Shown here: positions 32,736 to 42,882 of the stretch, piece by piece
Layout: every line of letters begins with the position of its first letter
Position numbering within the stretch: position 1 is the first letter of the stretch
Source: a virus
Taxonomy: Duplodnaviria > Caudoviricetes
Strand: one strand, 5' to 3'
IMG/VR virus record: IMGVR_UViG_3300033120_000864
Coordinates: 65,808 to 129,807 of that record
Length of the DNA stretch: 64,000 nucleotides
The notes under the pieces: generated by a model
The model's input: only the letters and a program-made list of their open reading frames with translations
Database searches by the model: none
Told to the model about the DNA's origin: nothing
Translations under genes and position numbers: made by a program

Positions 32736-33479
32736 TTAAAACTTCCATCCACTTGCTGCTAGCTTTACTAAAATTGCAACTACAACTGTAGCTGCTGCTC
32801 CTACAGGAACTCCTATTACAAAGCCTTGAGCACCTTTGCTTAATTTAGGCTTAACAACTATATTTTTCATATCTATAGTCTTTATAAAAGGATTTGAGTG
32901 ATGAATAAATACTACTGGTTCATCTTTAAATAAATTTCCTTTATCTCCTATAGTATTAGTAGTAGAATCTGGAATTATGATATGATTCACTTCTATTCCA
33001 TCTACCATTACAGTTTCATCTATTTGAAAATGAGGAGTTATTATTTGAGCCCTTGCAGGTACTTGAAGATATTGTGTACTATCTTTAGTAGAAGAATCTA
33101 CTTTTGTAATTACTTTAGCAGAATCTATAAAAGGTATTTTAACATCTTTTATTTCTGTTACAGTTTTTGCTACTACTTGAGAGTTAAGAGACTTAAGATG
33201 TTCTATCTTCTCAATCTGTTTTACTATTTGAGCATCTTTACTAGCTAGTAATTGTGATTGCTCTACTAATTGAGTACTATCTTTTTGTACTCTTTCTACA
33301 AATGGTTGAAACTGTGCATATGCTTTAGTAGCTGCATTATTCTCTAATTTGTTTAAATTAATCTCCCTGTATGCTGTATATGCTCCAAATGATAGTGTTA
33401 TCAATAAAGATACCACTGCAATTACTTTCCATACAGTGGGGCTAGAATTAACCTCCTGAAGTGTTGTTTTGATTTCCAT
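32736..33479 (-). CDS. Membrane protein, possibly spanin-like
   Basis: N-terminal TM helix, coiled-coil region, C-terminal hydrophobic helix; follows two holin-like genes. Confidence 0.4.
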   Translation of the reverse strand: MEIKTTLQEVNSSPTVWKVIAVVSLLITLSFGAYTAYREINLNKLENNAATKAYAQFQPFVERVQKDSTQLVEQSQLLASKDAQIVKQIEKIEHLKSLNSQVVAKTVTEIKDVKIPFIDSAKVITKVDSSTKDSTQYLQVPARAQIITPHFQIDETVMVDGIEVNHIIIPDSTTNTIGDKGNLFKDEPVVFIHHSNPFIKTIDMKNIVVKPKLSKGAQGFVIGVPVGAAATVVVAILVKLAASGWKF

Positions 33480-33735
33480 TAGTTTCTTGGTTTATTAGTT
33501 TATCTTTTTGTGTCATTACCATTCCATATCCACCATAAGTGAGCCATGGAGTAACTACTACCATAAGGTCTACAGGAGTAAGAGTTTGAATATGTGTATA
33601 TATAAAATATAAAGAAGCAGATAACATTGTTGAGACAATCAAACATCTTTCTAATTTCTTAGAAGAGATAAATGAAGGCTCTTCAGATAAAGTTGCCCAT
33701 AGTTGTTTTACTACATGTTCAATTAACCAAATCAT
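33448..33735 (-). CDS. Holin-like small membrane protein
   Basis: 95 aa with two hydrophobic segments. Confidence 0.4.
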   Translation of the reverse strand: MIWLIEHVVKQLWATLSEEPSFISSKKLERCLIVSTMLSASLYFIYTHIQTLTPVDLMVVVTPWLTYGGYGMVMTQKDKLINQETNGNQNNTSGG

Positions 33736-34016
33736 GTTTTATCTTTTATAAATAGTGTTACTAATAATGTAGTGACAAATGAAATTATAGCACTAAATAC
33801 TACTGTTGATCTATAATATGCTATATTCTCTGTTTTAAATTTTTCGTGCTCTGTTATTTTTTGTTCAGCTGCCTGAACTCTTTCATCTATTCTATTAAAG
33901 TTTTCCTTTAATCCTTTAATTTCATAAAGTATTGCCAGATTTATTTCTCTTAAGTTAGACTCATTTGGATGATTTAGCACTTTTTCTGTAACTGTTTGAA
34001 ATATGTCTATACTCAT
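33732..34016 (-). CDS. Coiled-coil plus C-terminal TM protein (holin/XhlA-like)
   Basis: 94 aa; heptad-like region, then VVFSAIISFVTTLLVTLFI. Confidence 0.4.
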   Translation of the reverse strand: MSIDIFQTVTEKVLNHPNESNLREINLAILYEIKGLKENFNRIDERVQAAEQKITEHEKFKTENIAYYRSTVVFSAIISFVTTLLVTLFIKDKT

Positions 34017-34026
34017 GGTTTTTGTT

Positions 34027-34239
34027 TTATGGTGTTGATGTTATTATGGCCCAAGTAGTGCCATTCCAAAACTTCATTTTTGTCAAGGTAGTGTCAAAAT
34101 AAAATTCTCCTAGAGTTGGAGTAGTTGGTTCTGAATCTGTTGGTCCACTAAATGTTTGTATGCAACATATCTTTTTCTTAAGTTGTTCTATCTGAGCTCT
34201 TAAATTGCTAAATATTTGCTCTGCTCTATAATCTGTCAT
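34027..34239 (-). CDS. Small virion fibre-like protein
   Basis: PTTPTLGEFYFDTT...KFWNGTTW motif typical of phage fibre/decoration proteins. Confidence 0.5.
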   Translation of the reverse strand: MTDYRAEQIFSNLRAQIEQLKKKICCIQTFSGPTDSEPTTPTLGEFYFDTTLTKMKFWNGTTWAIITSTP

Positions 34240-34261
34240 TTATATAAATTAAAATTTTTTG

Positions 34262-34288
34262 AAAAAAGAGGGAGATTTCTCTCCCCCT
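34262..34288 (-). terminator. Rho-independent terminator
   Basis: GGGAGA/TCTCCC stem followed by a T-run on the minus strand, after the ORF ending at 34329. Confidence 0.55.
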
Positions 34289-34328
34289 AATAAGAGTTCC
34301 CAAAACCAATAAAGAGACTCTTAATATT

Positions 34329-35528
34329 TTATATTCTTTGTAATACTATAGTTACTAATACTTTACCTCCTGGAGTTACTTTTGATGAATTGATTTCCAT
34401 TCTGCTTAAAGTAGCAGAGGAACCACCAAATGTTGCAAAAGGAAAACCAATTGCTGTATGAGCTATAAAGTTTCCTGCTGTTGTGCTAGCTGGAACTGTA
34501 ACTGTATCTATTATTGTTGAACTTACTCTTGTAGATATACTTAATATACCATCATCTGTACCTGTGAGATCTTTAATTACTGTAGTACCTATATTTACAA
34601 CATAACAGTTATAAGGAATATAGATATATGAAGCACCTTGTTCATTAGCTTCAAAAGAAACTGGAATACTAACTGTTTCATATACTCCAGACACTAAAGC
34701 TCCAAGTCCTACAGCACCAATACCACTACCAGTATTACCTAATACTTGATTACTAGCTAAAGCTAAGTCTGTAACAATACCTGAATTGTTTGTAATTTTT
34801 ACAGTGTTATTAGCTCCTGGAGTTAATTTAGCATTTGATATACCTGCATCTTTTACTCTTAAAGTATCTGTATTAATTTCTATTGTAGTATTGTCTACAT
34901 TTACTCCTAGAGCTGAACCATTTCCACCTGTTAAACCATTACCTGCTACAGAAGTAGTAAGATAGTTTTCATCAATAGAATTTGTTTTTACTCTTAAAGT
35001 ATCTGTGGTAATTTGCAATGTAACACCATCTACATTTACATCTAAAGCTCCTGATATATTTTGAGATAAACCATCTCCTGCAACTGTAGCTTCTAAAGCT
35101 GTTCCAGGGATTGATGCTGGTGCTGGAATTATTGTAATTCCACTTTCTAATTGATCACCAGATATAAAGTTTGTACCTCTTGTAAAATCAGGAAAATATT
35201 GTGTATGCCAAGTAGCAGCAATATTATCATAGATAGAAATTATTCTACCATATGTTAAAGCCTGCTCTGGTGTTAAACTATAACCAAATATTGTAAAGTT
35301 AATACCAGATGTTAAACTAACATTAGCATTGTACTCAATCTCATATGTCATACCATTCACTGGTACTTGAGTAGTAGTATCTGCATTAATTGTTAATGAA
35401 GAAGTGGGAACTAGAGTACCATAAATTAGATATTGTATATTTGGATCTTGAACAGGTATACTTAAGGTACCTCCAGATCCAGCTATAGTATTTACATTAT
35501 AATTAACTGTTGAAACTATTTGTGGCAT
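34329..35528 (-). CDS. Tail/head fibre-like protein with internal tandem repeat
   Basis: Two copies of VAGxGL...LxVNVDxxTxxIxTDTLRVK; Gly/Thr-rich. Confidence 0.6.
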   Translation of the reverse strand: MPQIVSTVNYNVNTIAGSGGTLSIPVQDPNIQYLIYGTLVPTSSLTINADTTTQVPVNGMTYEIEYNANVSLTSGINFTIFGYSLTPEQALTYGRIISIYDNIAATWHTQYFPDFTRGTNFISGDQLESGITIIPAPASIPGTALEATVAGDGLSQNISGALDVNVDGVTLQITTDTLRVKTNSIDENYLTTSVAGNGLTGGNGSALGVNVDNTTIEINTDTLRVKDAGISNAKLTPGANNTVKITNNSGIVTDLALASNQVLGNTGSGIGAVGLGALVSGVYETVSIPVSFEANEQGASYIYIPYNCYVVNIGTTVIKDLTGTDDGILSISTRVSSTIIDTVTVPASTTAGNFIAHTAIGFPFATFGGSSATLSRMEINSSKVTPGGKVLVTIVLQRI

Positions 35529-35529
35529 A

Positions 35530-36585
35530 TTAGAATTTATTTAAAGTTACTTTGCCATATAATACTTTATATTCCAATCCAGATAAACTTGCTGTAGCTG
35601 TTTGTACAGTGATAGTTTGAGAAAGGTTAAAAGTATTTAAATCTGGAGTAATTGTTAACTTATTATAGAAAGTAGAGGTATAGTATTCATTTCCTATTCC
35701 TTGACCAGAAGTAACTCCTGCAGATCCTGAAAATGTTGACAACTTACTTCTTGTTATTGTTCTTAATGTAGTATTACTAGTTCTAGTTGCTGTTATTTCA
35801 ATTTCCAATAACACTGGAGCACTTATATTAATTCCTGCTACAGCTGCTACAGGTTGAGTACCTAAATAGATTCCCACTGTAGTATCATAATTATCAACAG
35901 GAGAAGGTATTGATACTCTATTATTATTTATAAGTATAGTTGTTTTATAAACAAGTTCTTCTAAATTAACAGCATTAAAACTATTTCCTAAATAGGCTTT
36001 AGGTACTGTAAGTATATAAGGACTAGAATTAGGATTGGTATTAAAAGCAAACTCTGGGAAGTCAACTTTTTCAGCACTAACTATTCTATCACCTTTAATA
36101 TTAAAATCAAAGGATGGAGCATTACCTGCTATCCTAGTATAATTAGCTCTACCATCAAAGTCTATACTAATATCTCCAACACAATAACTAGCAGGAGTAT
36201 ATGAAAAGTTATTATCTCCATTTTGATTAGAGTTAAGAACTATTGTAGGTTTCTTAGGTATAGTGGTACTTGTACCATTATAACTAAAAAGAGTGTTACA
36301 AGAACTATCAGTAATTGCTAGTGTAGGAAGTCCACCTGTTGGAGGAGATATAGTACACAATTTTGTATTTATAGCATTTATAATAGTGTTAAGTGTAGCA
36401 CCTGTAGTGATACCTAAACAGGAAAGATTATTACCTGAATAGAATACACAGACATCTTTTATCTGTTCCTTACACCCTGTACATTGAGTATTACAATGAC
36501 TATTCTGGTGAGATATAGTGCAGTTGCAAGGACTTTGATGACAAGTGTTACATCCATAATAATAATTTGTATATCCGTTGTACAT
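35530..36585 (-). CDS. Tail fibre/spike-associated protein with Cys-rich N-terminus
   Basis: CVFYSGNNLSCLGITTG motif shared with the two upstream genes. Confidence 0.55.
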   Translation of the reverse strand: MYNGYTNYYYGCNTCHQSPCNCTISHQNSHCNTQCTGCKEQIKDVCVFYSGNNLSCLGITTGATLNTIINAINTKLCTISPPTGGLPTLAITDSSCNTLFSYNGTSTTIPKKPTIVLNSNQNGDNNFSYTPASYCVGDISIDFDGRANYTRIAGNAPSFDFNIKGDRIVSAEKVDFPEFAFNTNPNSSPYILTVPKAYLGNSFNAVNLEELVYKTTILINNNRVSIPSPVDNYDTTVGIYLGTQPVAAVAGINISAPVLLEIEITATRTSNTTLRTITRSKLSTFSGSAGVTSGQGIGNEYYTSTFYNKLTITPDLNTFNLSQTITVQTATASLSGLEYKVLYGKVTLNKF

Positions 36586-37667
36586 TAAGCTACTTTTTCA
36601 ATTGATAAAAATAATGCGTCATTACCACCACTGTTAGGATTATAATGATCTATATAAGCTACACCTGCACCTGCATTAGTAAGAGCATTATAAACTTTTA
36701 TATAGAAGTTACCAGAACTAGAGTTTGTAACAACATATCCTTTTGCTCCTAAATTTATAGGAAGAAAAGCTTGTTCATAACACATAGATGGAACCAATGT
36801 AGAACCAAAACTATTAGTGTTAGGACTTTGTAAACCAAAACCTGCTATTATATATCCTGTTCCTTGAATTGCATTAGTCCAACTAAGTCCTCCATATATT
36901 GTTATATCATAAACACCTGGAGCAAGAGTTATAAGTCCTGTACCAACATTTCCTATTGGAGCATTAGCTTGGAAAGTATCTACATCTGGTGTACTAAAAT
37001 TCCATACACCACCAGCTCCTGCTGTACTGCCTGTTATAATAGTACCATTTGTAACACCTTCGTGTTTAGGACCTGTGGCACAAGTAGCTATATTATTTGC
37101 AATTCCCTGAGGACAGCAATGTACAGTCCATACTTGCTTTTGAAGAGAAATATATTCATCTCCACCAGCATTTTGTAATATTGGAACTACAGTACCACCT
37201 CTAATTTTACCAGAGGTTAAATCTGAGCTAGAAAGATAATCACATGTAGTATCTGTTGGACTTGCATAAACTTTGCCTTGACAAGGGTCTACAGGAACTT
37301 CTAGATCTATTACAGTACAATTACCACTAACAGTTTGAGTTGTTATTGTTATAGTGTCTGAAACAAGTTTGTTTATAAGATAATCACAACATTGATCATC
37401 TGCATTCACTTGTACCATACAACTATTAGTAGGAGGTTCATTATTTGCACACAACGCTTCCACTGCATCTATAAATACTTGAATTGGAGAACCACTTAAT
37501 ACATTGAGACAATCTAAAGAAGGTCCATTGTAAATTATACATCCTGTATTTATAATCCCATTAGGACAAGAATAATCAGGAGGACAAGGTGATACACAGA
37601 TTGGATCAGGTATAATAGAACTTTGATTAAAAAGAGTTGTTGTGCAACAGTTATTTGTTATGGACAT
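36585..37667 (-). CDS. Tail fibre/spike-associated Cys-rich protein
   Basis: CIIYNGPSLDCLNVLSG motif; beta-rich C-terminal domain. Confidence 0.55.
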   Translation of the reverse strand: MSITNNCCTTTLFNQSSIIPDPICVSPCPPDYSCPNGIINTGCIIYNGPSLDCLNVLSGSPIQVFIDAVEALCANNEPPTNSCMVQVNADDQCCDYLINKLVSDTITITTQTVSGNCTVIDLEVPVDPCQGKVYASPTDTTCDYLSSSDLTSGKIRGGTVVPILQNAGGDEYISLQKQVWTVHCCPQGIANNIATCATGPKHEGVTNGTIITGSTAGAGGVWNFSTPDVDTFQANAPIGNVGTGLITLAPGVYDITIYGGLSWTNAIQGTGYIIAGFGLQSPNTNSFGSTLVPSMCYEQAFLPINLGAKGYVVTNSSSGNFYIKVYNALTNAGAGVAYIDHYNPNSGGNDALFLSIEKVA

Positions 37668-38284
37668 AAGTTACCTGAATTATTATTTAAACAATCAACT
37701 TGACTTTGTAAAGCTGTTACTAAACTAAACAATGCTGTATAGTTATTAGTTATCGTTGTGATTTGAGTTTGTTGATTTGCCACTGAATTGGTAAGAGTAT
37801 TAGTCCTAGAAGTCAAATCATTTATTTGTGATTGTAGATTGTCATTAGTATTAACAACTCCACATATACACGTGATGATGTTTTCTAATGCCTGTGATAG
37901 TGTCACTGTACCAGTAACAACACAAGGATTATTAGAACAACAACTAAAATCTACAGTGATGAGGGGATTAAATCCAACGAGAGTTGTATTAATAGTATCA
38001 ATCTCACTTTGTAGTGTACAAGATTCTTGTAACAAAAGATTGATAAAATTTAGTATTGTTGGATCTTGAGTAGCCCATGCTTGAGTAAGACAGGCTGGAA
38101 TTATTATGGAACTCATATCAACTTCTCCTACTAGAGTACAGATATTAGTGGCAAAGGTTTGCATAATAGGTGTAATAGAACAACCTGTGGTAATTCCTAA
38201 GCAAGGAATATCTGGTCCTTGCCAAGACACACAATTAGTTGTAGTAGGTGGACAAGTCTCAAGAGAGAGTGAAGAACGTGTCAT
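37658..38284 (-). CDS. Tail needle/fibre-like Cys-rich coiled-coil protein
   Basis: CVSWQGPDIPCLGITTG motif; C-terminal heptad repeat LQSQINDLTSRTNTLTNSVANQQTQI. Confidence 0.55.
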   Translation of the reverse strand: MTRSSLSLETCPPTTTNCVSWQGPDIPCLGITTGCSITPIMQTFATNICTLVGEVDMSSIIIPACLTQAWATQDPTILNFINLLLQESCTLQSEIDTINTTLVGFNPLITVDFSCCSNNPCVVTGTVTLSQALENIITCICGVVNTNDNLQSQINDLTSRTNTLTNSVANQQTQITTITNNYTALFSLVTALQSQVDCLNNNSGNLCP

Positions 38285-38532
38285 ATTTTATTGATATTGG
38301 TTTTTATAACTGAAACAATTTGTTCAGGAGTATACTTATTATAACAAGTAGAACATCTATCTTCTAGTCTGTCTAACATTCTGTTATATGCACTTAGCTT
38401 CAGAAGAAGCTCTTGGTCAAACTCCATACCAAGATCAAATTTTCTATTAGTATCTATTTTTTTAATAGCTTTAGCTAATGATTTATTTACATTTTCACTA
38501 AGTTGATTAGTGTTTCCTACTATTACTCCCAT
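38281..38532 (-). CDS. Small hypothetical structural-module protein
   Basis: 83 aa, overlapping start/stop with neighbours. Confidence 0.5.
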   Translation of the reverse strand: MGVIVGNTNQLSENVNKSLAKAIKKIDTNRKFDLGMEFDQELLLKLSAYNRMLDRLEDRCSTCYNKYTPEQIVSVIKTNINKI

Positions 38533-39086
38533 TAGTTTATATTTAAATTTTTAGTAATAGCTCTTAACTTATCTTTAAATTCCTCTAAACTGAGATTCCT
38601 TTTCATTAAATTACATATACCACAACAGGGCACACAGTTTTCTAGAGTATATCCTATATCATTATTAATTCTATCTATTCCATTATAGATATATTCTCCA
38701 TTCATATTTTTAGAATTATATCTTGTAGAAGGTTCTATATTACAATAAAAACAATTTTTCTTTGTTAATTCTCTAAACTCTTCTACATCTAGTTCAAAGT
38801 TTAGATTTCTTCTTTTACTATTATTCTTATAACTATTATATAATTTATTAAAATTACCTAATCCTTTTTCTTTACTATGAGCAAACTTTCTACTACATCC
38901 ACAAGATCTTGTAGTACCTTTTTGAATACAATTCCAAGATATAATTTTTTCTACTCCACAATCACATTTACATAAATATTTTGGAGGATTATTTTTACTA
39001 GTAGGAATAGCTGAAACCATTTTTAAAAGGATTAAAGAATTAAATTTCTTTCCTATATAATCTATACTATTATGTTTTTTATACAT
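38532..39086 (-). CDS. HNH endonuclease (probable free-standing homing endonuclease)
   Basis: GKKFNSL...CKCDCG...SCGC N-terminal domain plus CFYC...GIDRINNDIGYTLENCVPCCGICN; very AT-rich gene inserted among structural genes. Confidence 0.85.
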   Translation of the reverse strand: MYKKHNSIDYIGKKFNSLILLKMVSAIPTSKNNPPKYLCKCDCGVEKIISWNCIQKGTTRSCGCSRKFAHSKEKGLGNFNKLYNSYKNNSKRRNLNFELDVEEFRELTKKNCFYCNIEPSTRYNSKNMNGEYIYNGIDRINNDIGYTLENCVPCCGICNLMKRNLSLEEFKDKLRAITKNLNIN

Positions 39087-39631
39087 TATCTACAATCTTT
39101 ACATTCAATAAGATTATCTAGTAATCTATTAGCTACATTATACAACATAGTTGCTTGTCTAATATTTCCTAATCTTGCGTTTGCCTTAGTTCCTTCAATA
39201 TAAAGTCTTATAGTTGTTAAAACTTCTGCAAGTTTAGAATCATAACAAGTAGTACAATTGTTTAAGTCTAATTGTAATATTGCTAAATCATATTTACAAT
39301 CTATTTTACATGTTCTATAAAAAACTTTTTCAATCCAATGTTCATTATGAGGACATATAGAAATCTTTATGACATAAGCACCATCTGGTAGATCTACATA
39401 ATTCTCAGGTCCAATTACATTTGTTATCTTTAAGTTATTAGACTGTAAAAGAGTAATACCTGATTGATTATAAAATAGTTCTACAGGTTTTAAATATCCA
39501 GGAACTAATATTTGTAATACATTTCCTGTAACTTGCTGTAATGGAGAATAGTATGATGTATCAAGAATAGCCAGTGTTTGACAATCATTAGTTTCTAAAA
39601 CATTAAAGTTTAAACTTGTATTCTGAACCAT
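39086..39631 (-). CDS. Putative tail hub/structural protein
   Basis: 181 aa; DLPDGAYVIKISICP motif; structural-module context. Confidence 0.5.
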   Translation of the reverse strand: MVQNTSLNFNVLETNDCQTLAILDTSYYSPLQQVTGNVLQILVPGYLKPVELFYNQSGITLLQSNNLKITNVIGPENYVDLPDGAYVIKISICPHNEHWIEKVFYRTCKIDCKYDLAILQLDLNNCTTCYDSKLAEVLTTIRLYIEGTKANARLGNIRQATMLYNVANRLLDNLIECKDCR

Positions 39632-39735
39632 TCTTTCATTCTTTTAATTCCATTAGCAATACATTGAGCACAAAGCCCATTTGTTAATTGACAGCCACAT
39701 CCAAAGGTTTTGTGGCAATTTCTGCAAGCAGCCAT
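39610..39735 (-). CDS. 41-aa Cys-rich microprotein (not in ORF track)
   Basis: Hand translation MAACRNCHKTFGCGCQLTNGLCAQCIANGIKRMKEWFRIQV; A-rich leader; fills the gap between neighbouring genes. Confidence 0.6.
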   Translation of the reverse strand: MAACRNCHKTFGCGCQLTNGLCAQCIANGIKRMKEWFRIQV

Positions 39736-39762
39736 ATAAATTGGTTTTATATTTGTTAAAAA

Positions 39763-40203
39763 TTAGCTCCAAGTTGGAACTACTAATGTTTCTTCAGGTA
39801 TTTGAATATATACTCCTACTGAAAGATTTTCAGTAAATCCATATAATACTATTCCTGATATTGTAAGATTATTTCCAGGTACTAAAGATATAATCTGACT
39901 AGTTATTATACCATTATCATAAGTGCCATCTATTCCTATAGTAGGAGTAGCAGCAGTATTATCCATTACATTTAGTATTGTATAATCTAATATACTATAA
40001 GAAGGAGTTGTATCTATTATAATTCTGTATTTATTAGTTGCAGAAGAATCTGAAACTATTTTAATAGAAGTAGTATTTACTATACAACACGGCGAAAGAA
40101 GTAGAGATAGAGATTTATATATTCTTTTAGGAATTAGATTTTTAATAGAGTTTAAAATACTATCTTTTCTCTGAGGTGTTAGAGATTGTGCTAATCTTGG
40201 CAT
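39763..40203 (-). CDS. Hypothetical structural-module protein
   Basis: 146 aa, beta-rich C-terminal part. Confidence 0.5.
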   Translation of the reverse strand: MPRLAQSLTPQRKDSILNSIKNLIPKRIYKSLSLLLSPCCIVNTTSIKIVSDSSATNKYRIIIDTTPSYSILDYTILNVMDNTAATPTIGIDGTYDNGIITSQIISLVPGNNLTISGIVLYGFTENLSVGVYIQIPEETLVVPTWS

Positions 40204-40222
40204 TTTATTTATTTTTTATAAT

Positions 40223-40264
40223 AAAAAAAGGGGAAGAGATAAGTGTTATCCCATCCCCTTTTTT
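40223..40264 (-). terminator. Rho-independent terminator (possibly bidirectional)
   Basis: AAAAAAGGGGA...TCCCCTTTTTT inverted repeat downstream of the capsid genes. Confidence 0.75.
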
Positions 40265-40287
40265 AGGATTAATTAAAATTTATGTAC

Positions 40288-42207
40288 TTAGAGAACTACT
40301 GGTGTTATCTGTATTGCTGCACTCTGCAGATAAGCATTGATAGCATTTTGGAACTGTGCACCAGTTGTTTCTGGGAAGAAGAAATGCCATTCAAAGAATT
40401 CTGTTTTATGTCTAGCAAACGAACCTTCTGGAGTTTCAAAACCATAGTTCAGAATATATTCATCATAGTACTGATCTAAGTCTGTGAAGAAGAACCAGAG
40501 CTTCATTGCTCTTTCAGCTGCATCAGCTGCATATTGATCATTGAAGTATGCTCTTGACAGTCTTTCCATTTCTGCAACAAATCTACCATTACCTGATGGA
40601 TACTTAACTTCTTGGATCAGAGTTACTGGCCATGAAGGAATACATAAAGCAGAGTAGTCATTAATGTCTGGATTTCTTTCAGAGATTTCAATGAACAGTG
40701 GATCACTTTCGTAAGGCACCTCATCAAAGAAACAAGCTTCTGATTGTCTAGCAACATATGCACTTTCGAGCTTAACACCACAAACACAATCTGTTCCAAA
40801 GACATTTCCATCTACTTCTACCCATCTAATACCTTGGAAAGCATTTGGAGCAGTGAAAGTATAAGGTTGAACATCACAAGTATCGCAAGCTACATTATCA
40901 GATAATACTGGTATTGCATATATTGAAGTACAAGTTGTGACATTATCACCTAAGAGATAAACACTTGAGCCATATTCTGCTTGAAGAGCTGCAAGACTTG
41001 TTCCACCACACACTGGATTTGCCAGAGTAATTTGGAAAGTTGTTTGAGCCTTAGTACAAGCACCTGTTGCTGTCCATGCTATTGTTACACCTGGAGAATT
41101 TGCTGTACATATACCTTCATAAGCACTTATGAATGTTACTACATCACCTGCTGTAACTGCTGTTACATTGTTAGTAGAACTATGTACTTCGTAGATAGAA
41201 GAGCCATATTGGTAACTTAATCTGAAAGCTGCTGTATCACTATAGTCTGTCTTAAGTGTTGCAAGAGCTGCTGAATTACCTGCATCTGTCCTAGTCACTG
41301 TGTACACAAATCCACCTGCACCATAAGTATATCCTGATGGACAATTTGCACAATTAGGGATTATAGTACCTGGAGCAACTGTGAATGCTGCTGGAAGAGA
41401 AGTACCAACTATTTGATAAGTTGTATATGCACCAAGAGTACTTGCTACAGTTACAACACTAGCAGGATATTGAGCTTGTACAGCTGCAAGAGCCTGTGGA
41501 GTATTACCATCCAATACTGTAAGTTGGTAAGTTGTGAATGCACTAGTGATATATCCTGATGGAGTACCACAATTCAACAGCTTAGTTGCCTTTACATATT
41601 TAGAGAGAGGTTGTCCACCAACTGTCTTTCTACCATTTACCAAGTTATGACCAAACTTCTTACCATTGATAGCCTTTATAATTTCATCAGAGATTATATT
41701 GCAATCAACTGTTGCTGCACAATTGTCAGAACATTCATCTACACAAGGTAGAGTGATTGTTATTTCTTCAACCAAATACCTACGTTGGTCAGGGAAGAAA
41801 TTCAAAATTGGTTGTCCTGACAGTTTAATCCAGAAGGTGTAAGTTTTTCCTGGAACTGCAGTGAGTGTCTTAGTTGTGTCTACACCATCATAACCTAAAG
41901 TTATAATTCTATTTTGGGGTCTTTGAGAAGCTTGACCTTTCCAACTCTTAACTAGCTTGCCATCTATTACAGGAGCTTTAAAAGTTTCGTTAGCTAAAGC
42001 TGCACCATCAGGAAGTTCTGATCTGTCAGGTGTACCTTGAGCTATTAAAAGCTTAGGATTCACATTATAGGAAGGACTAGTTACAGCTTGATATGATTTA
42101 GCATCAAAGATGCCTATCTGACCAACAGCTAAGTTAGTAGTTGTTCCTGCGTTAAGAAGAGTACCTGTAGTAGCTACAAAGCAATTACGGTAAGATTTGT
42201 ATGCCAT
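40288..42207 (-). CDS. Auxiliary capsid/structural protein
   Basis: 639 aa; LAVGQIGIFD N-terminus; third gene downstream of MCP, followed by a strong terminator. Confidence 0.6.
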   Translation of the reverse strand: MAYKSYRNCFVATTGTLLNAGTTTNLAVGQIGIFDAKSYQAVTSPSYNVNPKLLIAQGTPDRSELPDGAALANETFKAPVIDGKLVKSWKGQASQRPQNRIITLGYDGVDTTKTLTAVPGKTYTFWIKLSGQPILNFFPDQRRYLVEEITITLPCVDECSDNCAATVDCNIISDEIIKAINGKKFGHNLVNGRKTVGGQPLSKYVKATKLLNCGTPSGYITSAFTTYQLTVLDGNTPQALAAVQAQYPASVVTVASTLGAYTTYQIVGTSLPAAFTVAPGTIIPNCANCPSGYTYGAGGFVYTVTRTDAGNSAALATLKTDYSDTAAFRLSYQYGSSIYEVHSSTNNVTAVTAGDVVTFISAYEGICTANSPGVTIAWTATGACTKAQTTFQITLANPVCGGTSLAALQAEYGSSVYLLGDNVTTCTSIYAIPVLSDNVACDTCDVQPYTFTAPNAFQGIRWVEVDGNVFGTDCVCGVKLESAYVARQSEACFFDEVPYESDPLFIEISERNPDINDYSALCIPSWPVTLIQEVKYPSGNGRFVAEMERLSRAYFNDQYAADAAERAMKLWFFFTDLDQYYDEYILNYGFETPEGSFARHKTEFFEWHFFFPETTGAQFQNAINAYLQSAAIQITPVVL

Positions 42208-42218
42208 TGTTTTTTATT

Positions 42219-42881
42219 TTAAGATTCTGAATTTGTTCTATCTTTTGCGATTTGCAGAGCATTAGTGTTCTCATAATTTCTCATGAATTCTTCTGCTGCT
42301 CTATTTATAATTTGGTCAACATATTGTTCTGATAGGTTTATATCTATATTAGTAGATGGAGTTCCATCTATATGAGTATAACCTGCAATATCTATATTAG
42401 GAATTACTTGATAATATTCAACGTTTAGTTGTATGACATCAAAGTCTTTTTTATAAACTCTAACTTTATTATCTTGTATTGTAAGAGTACTCCATTCCCA
42501 ATCAAAACTTGGGGAGTTATTTTTATCAAATAACAAGAGTTCTTTGTTTTGATTTTTGATTTCTCTGAGTCGAAGTATTCTTCTACATTTCCCCTTAGTA
42601 GCTATACAATTAGCATTAATAAACTCATAAAAATTATCTGTGAAAGGAAAATCAACATATTCATCAGATATAGAAGGGCTAAGAATTAAATCTGTTTTTA
42701 TAATTTGCTGAAGTCTATCTATTAGAATTGAGTTTTTATTCTTTAGAGAATGGTCAACCCACCTATTTTTAGCTTCATTAAATATTACAACAAACTTTGG
42801 CTTATCACAAGCTCTGTTAGCTCCTGTATTATTTTTATTTATCTTTATTGAAAATTTATTGTAACACTCTTGAGGGGTCAT
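42219..42881 (-). CDS. Head-tail connector/ring protein
   Basis: 220 aa; SPSFDWE motif and helical termini; syntenic position. Confidence 0.55.
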   Translation of the reverse strand: MTPQECYNKFSIKINKNNTGANRACDKPKFVVIFNEAKNRWVDHSLKNKNSILIDRLQQIIKTDLILSPSISDEYVDFPFTDNFYEFINANCIATKGKCRRILRLREIKNQNKELLLFDKNNSPSFDWEWSTLTIQDNKVRVYKKDFDVIQLNVEYYQVIPNIDIAGYTHIDGTPSTNIDINLSEQYVDQIINRAAEEFMRNYENTNALQIAKDRTNSES

Positions 42882-42882
42882 A

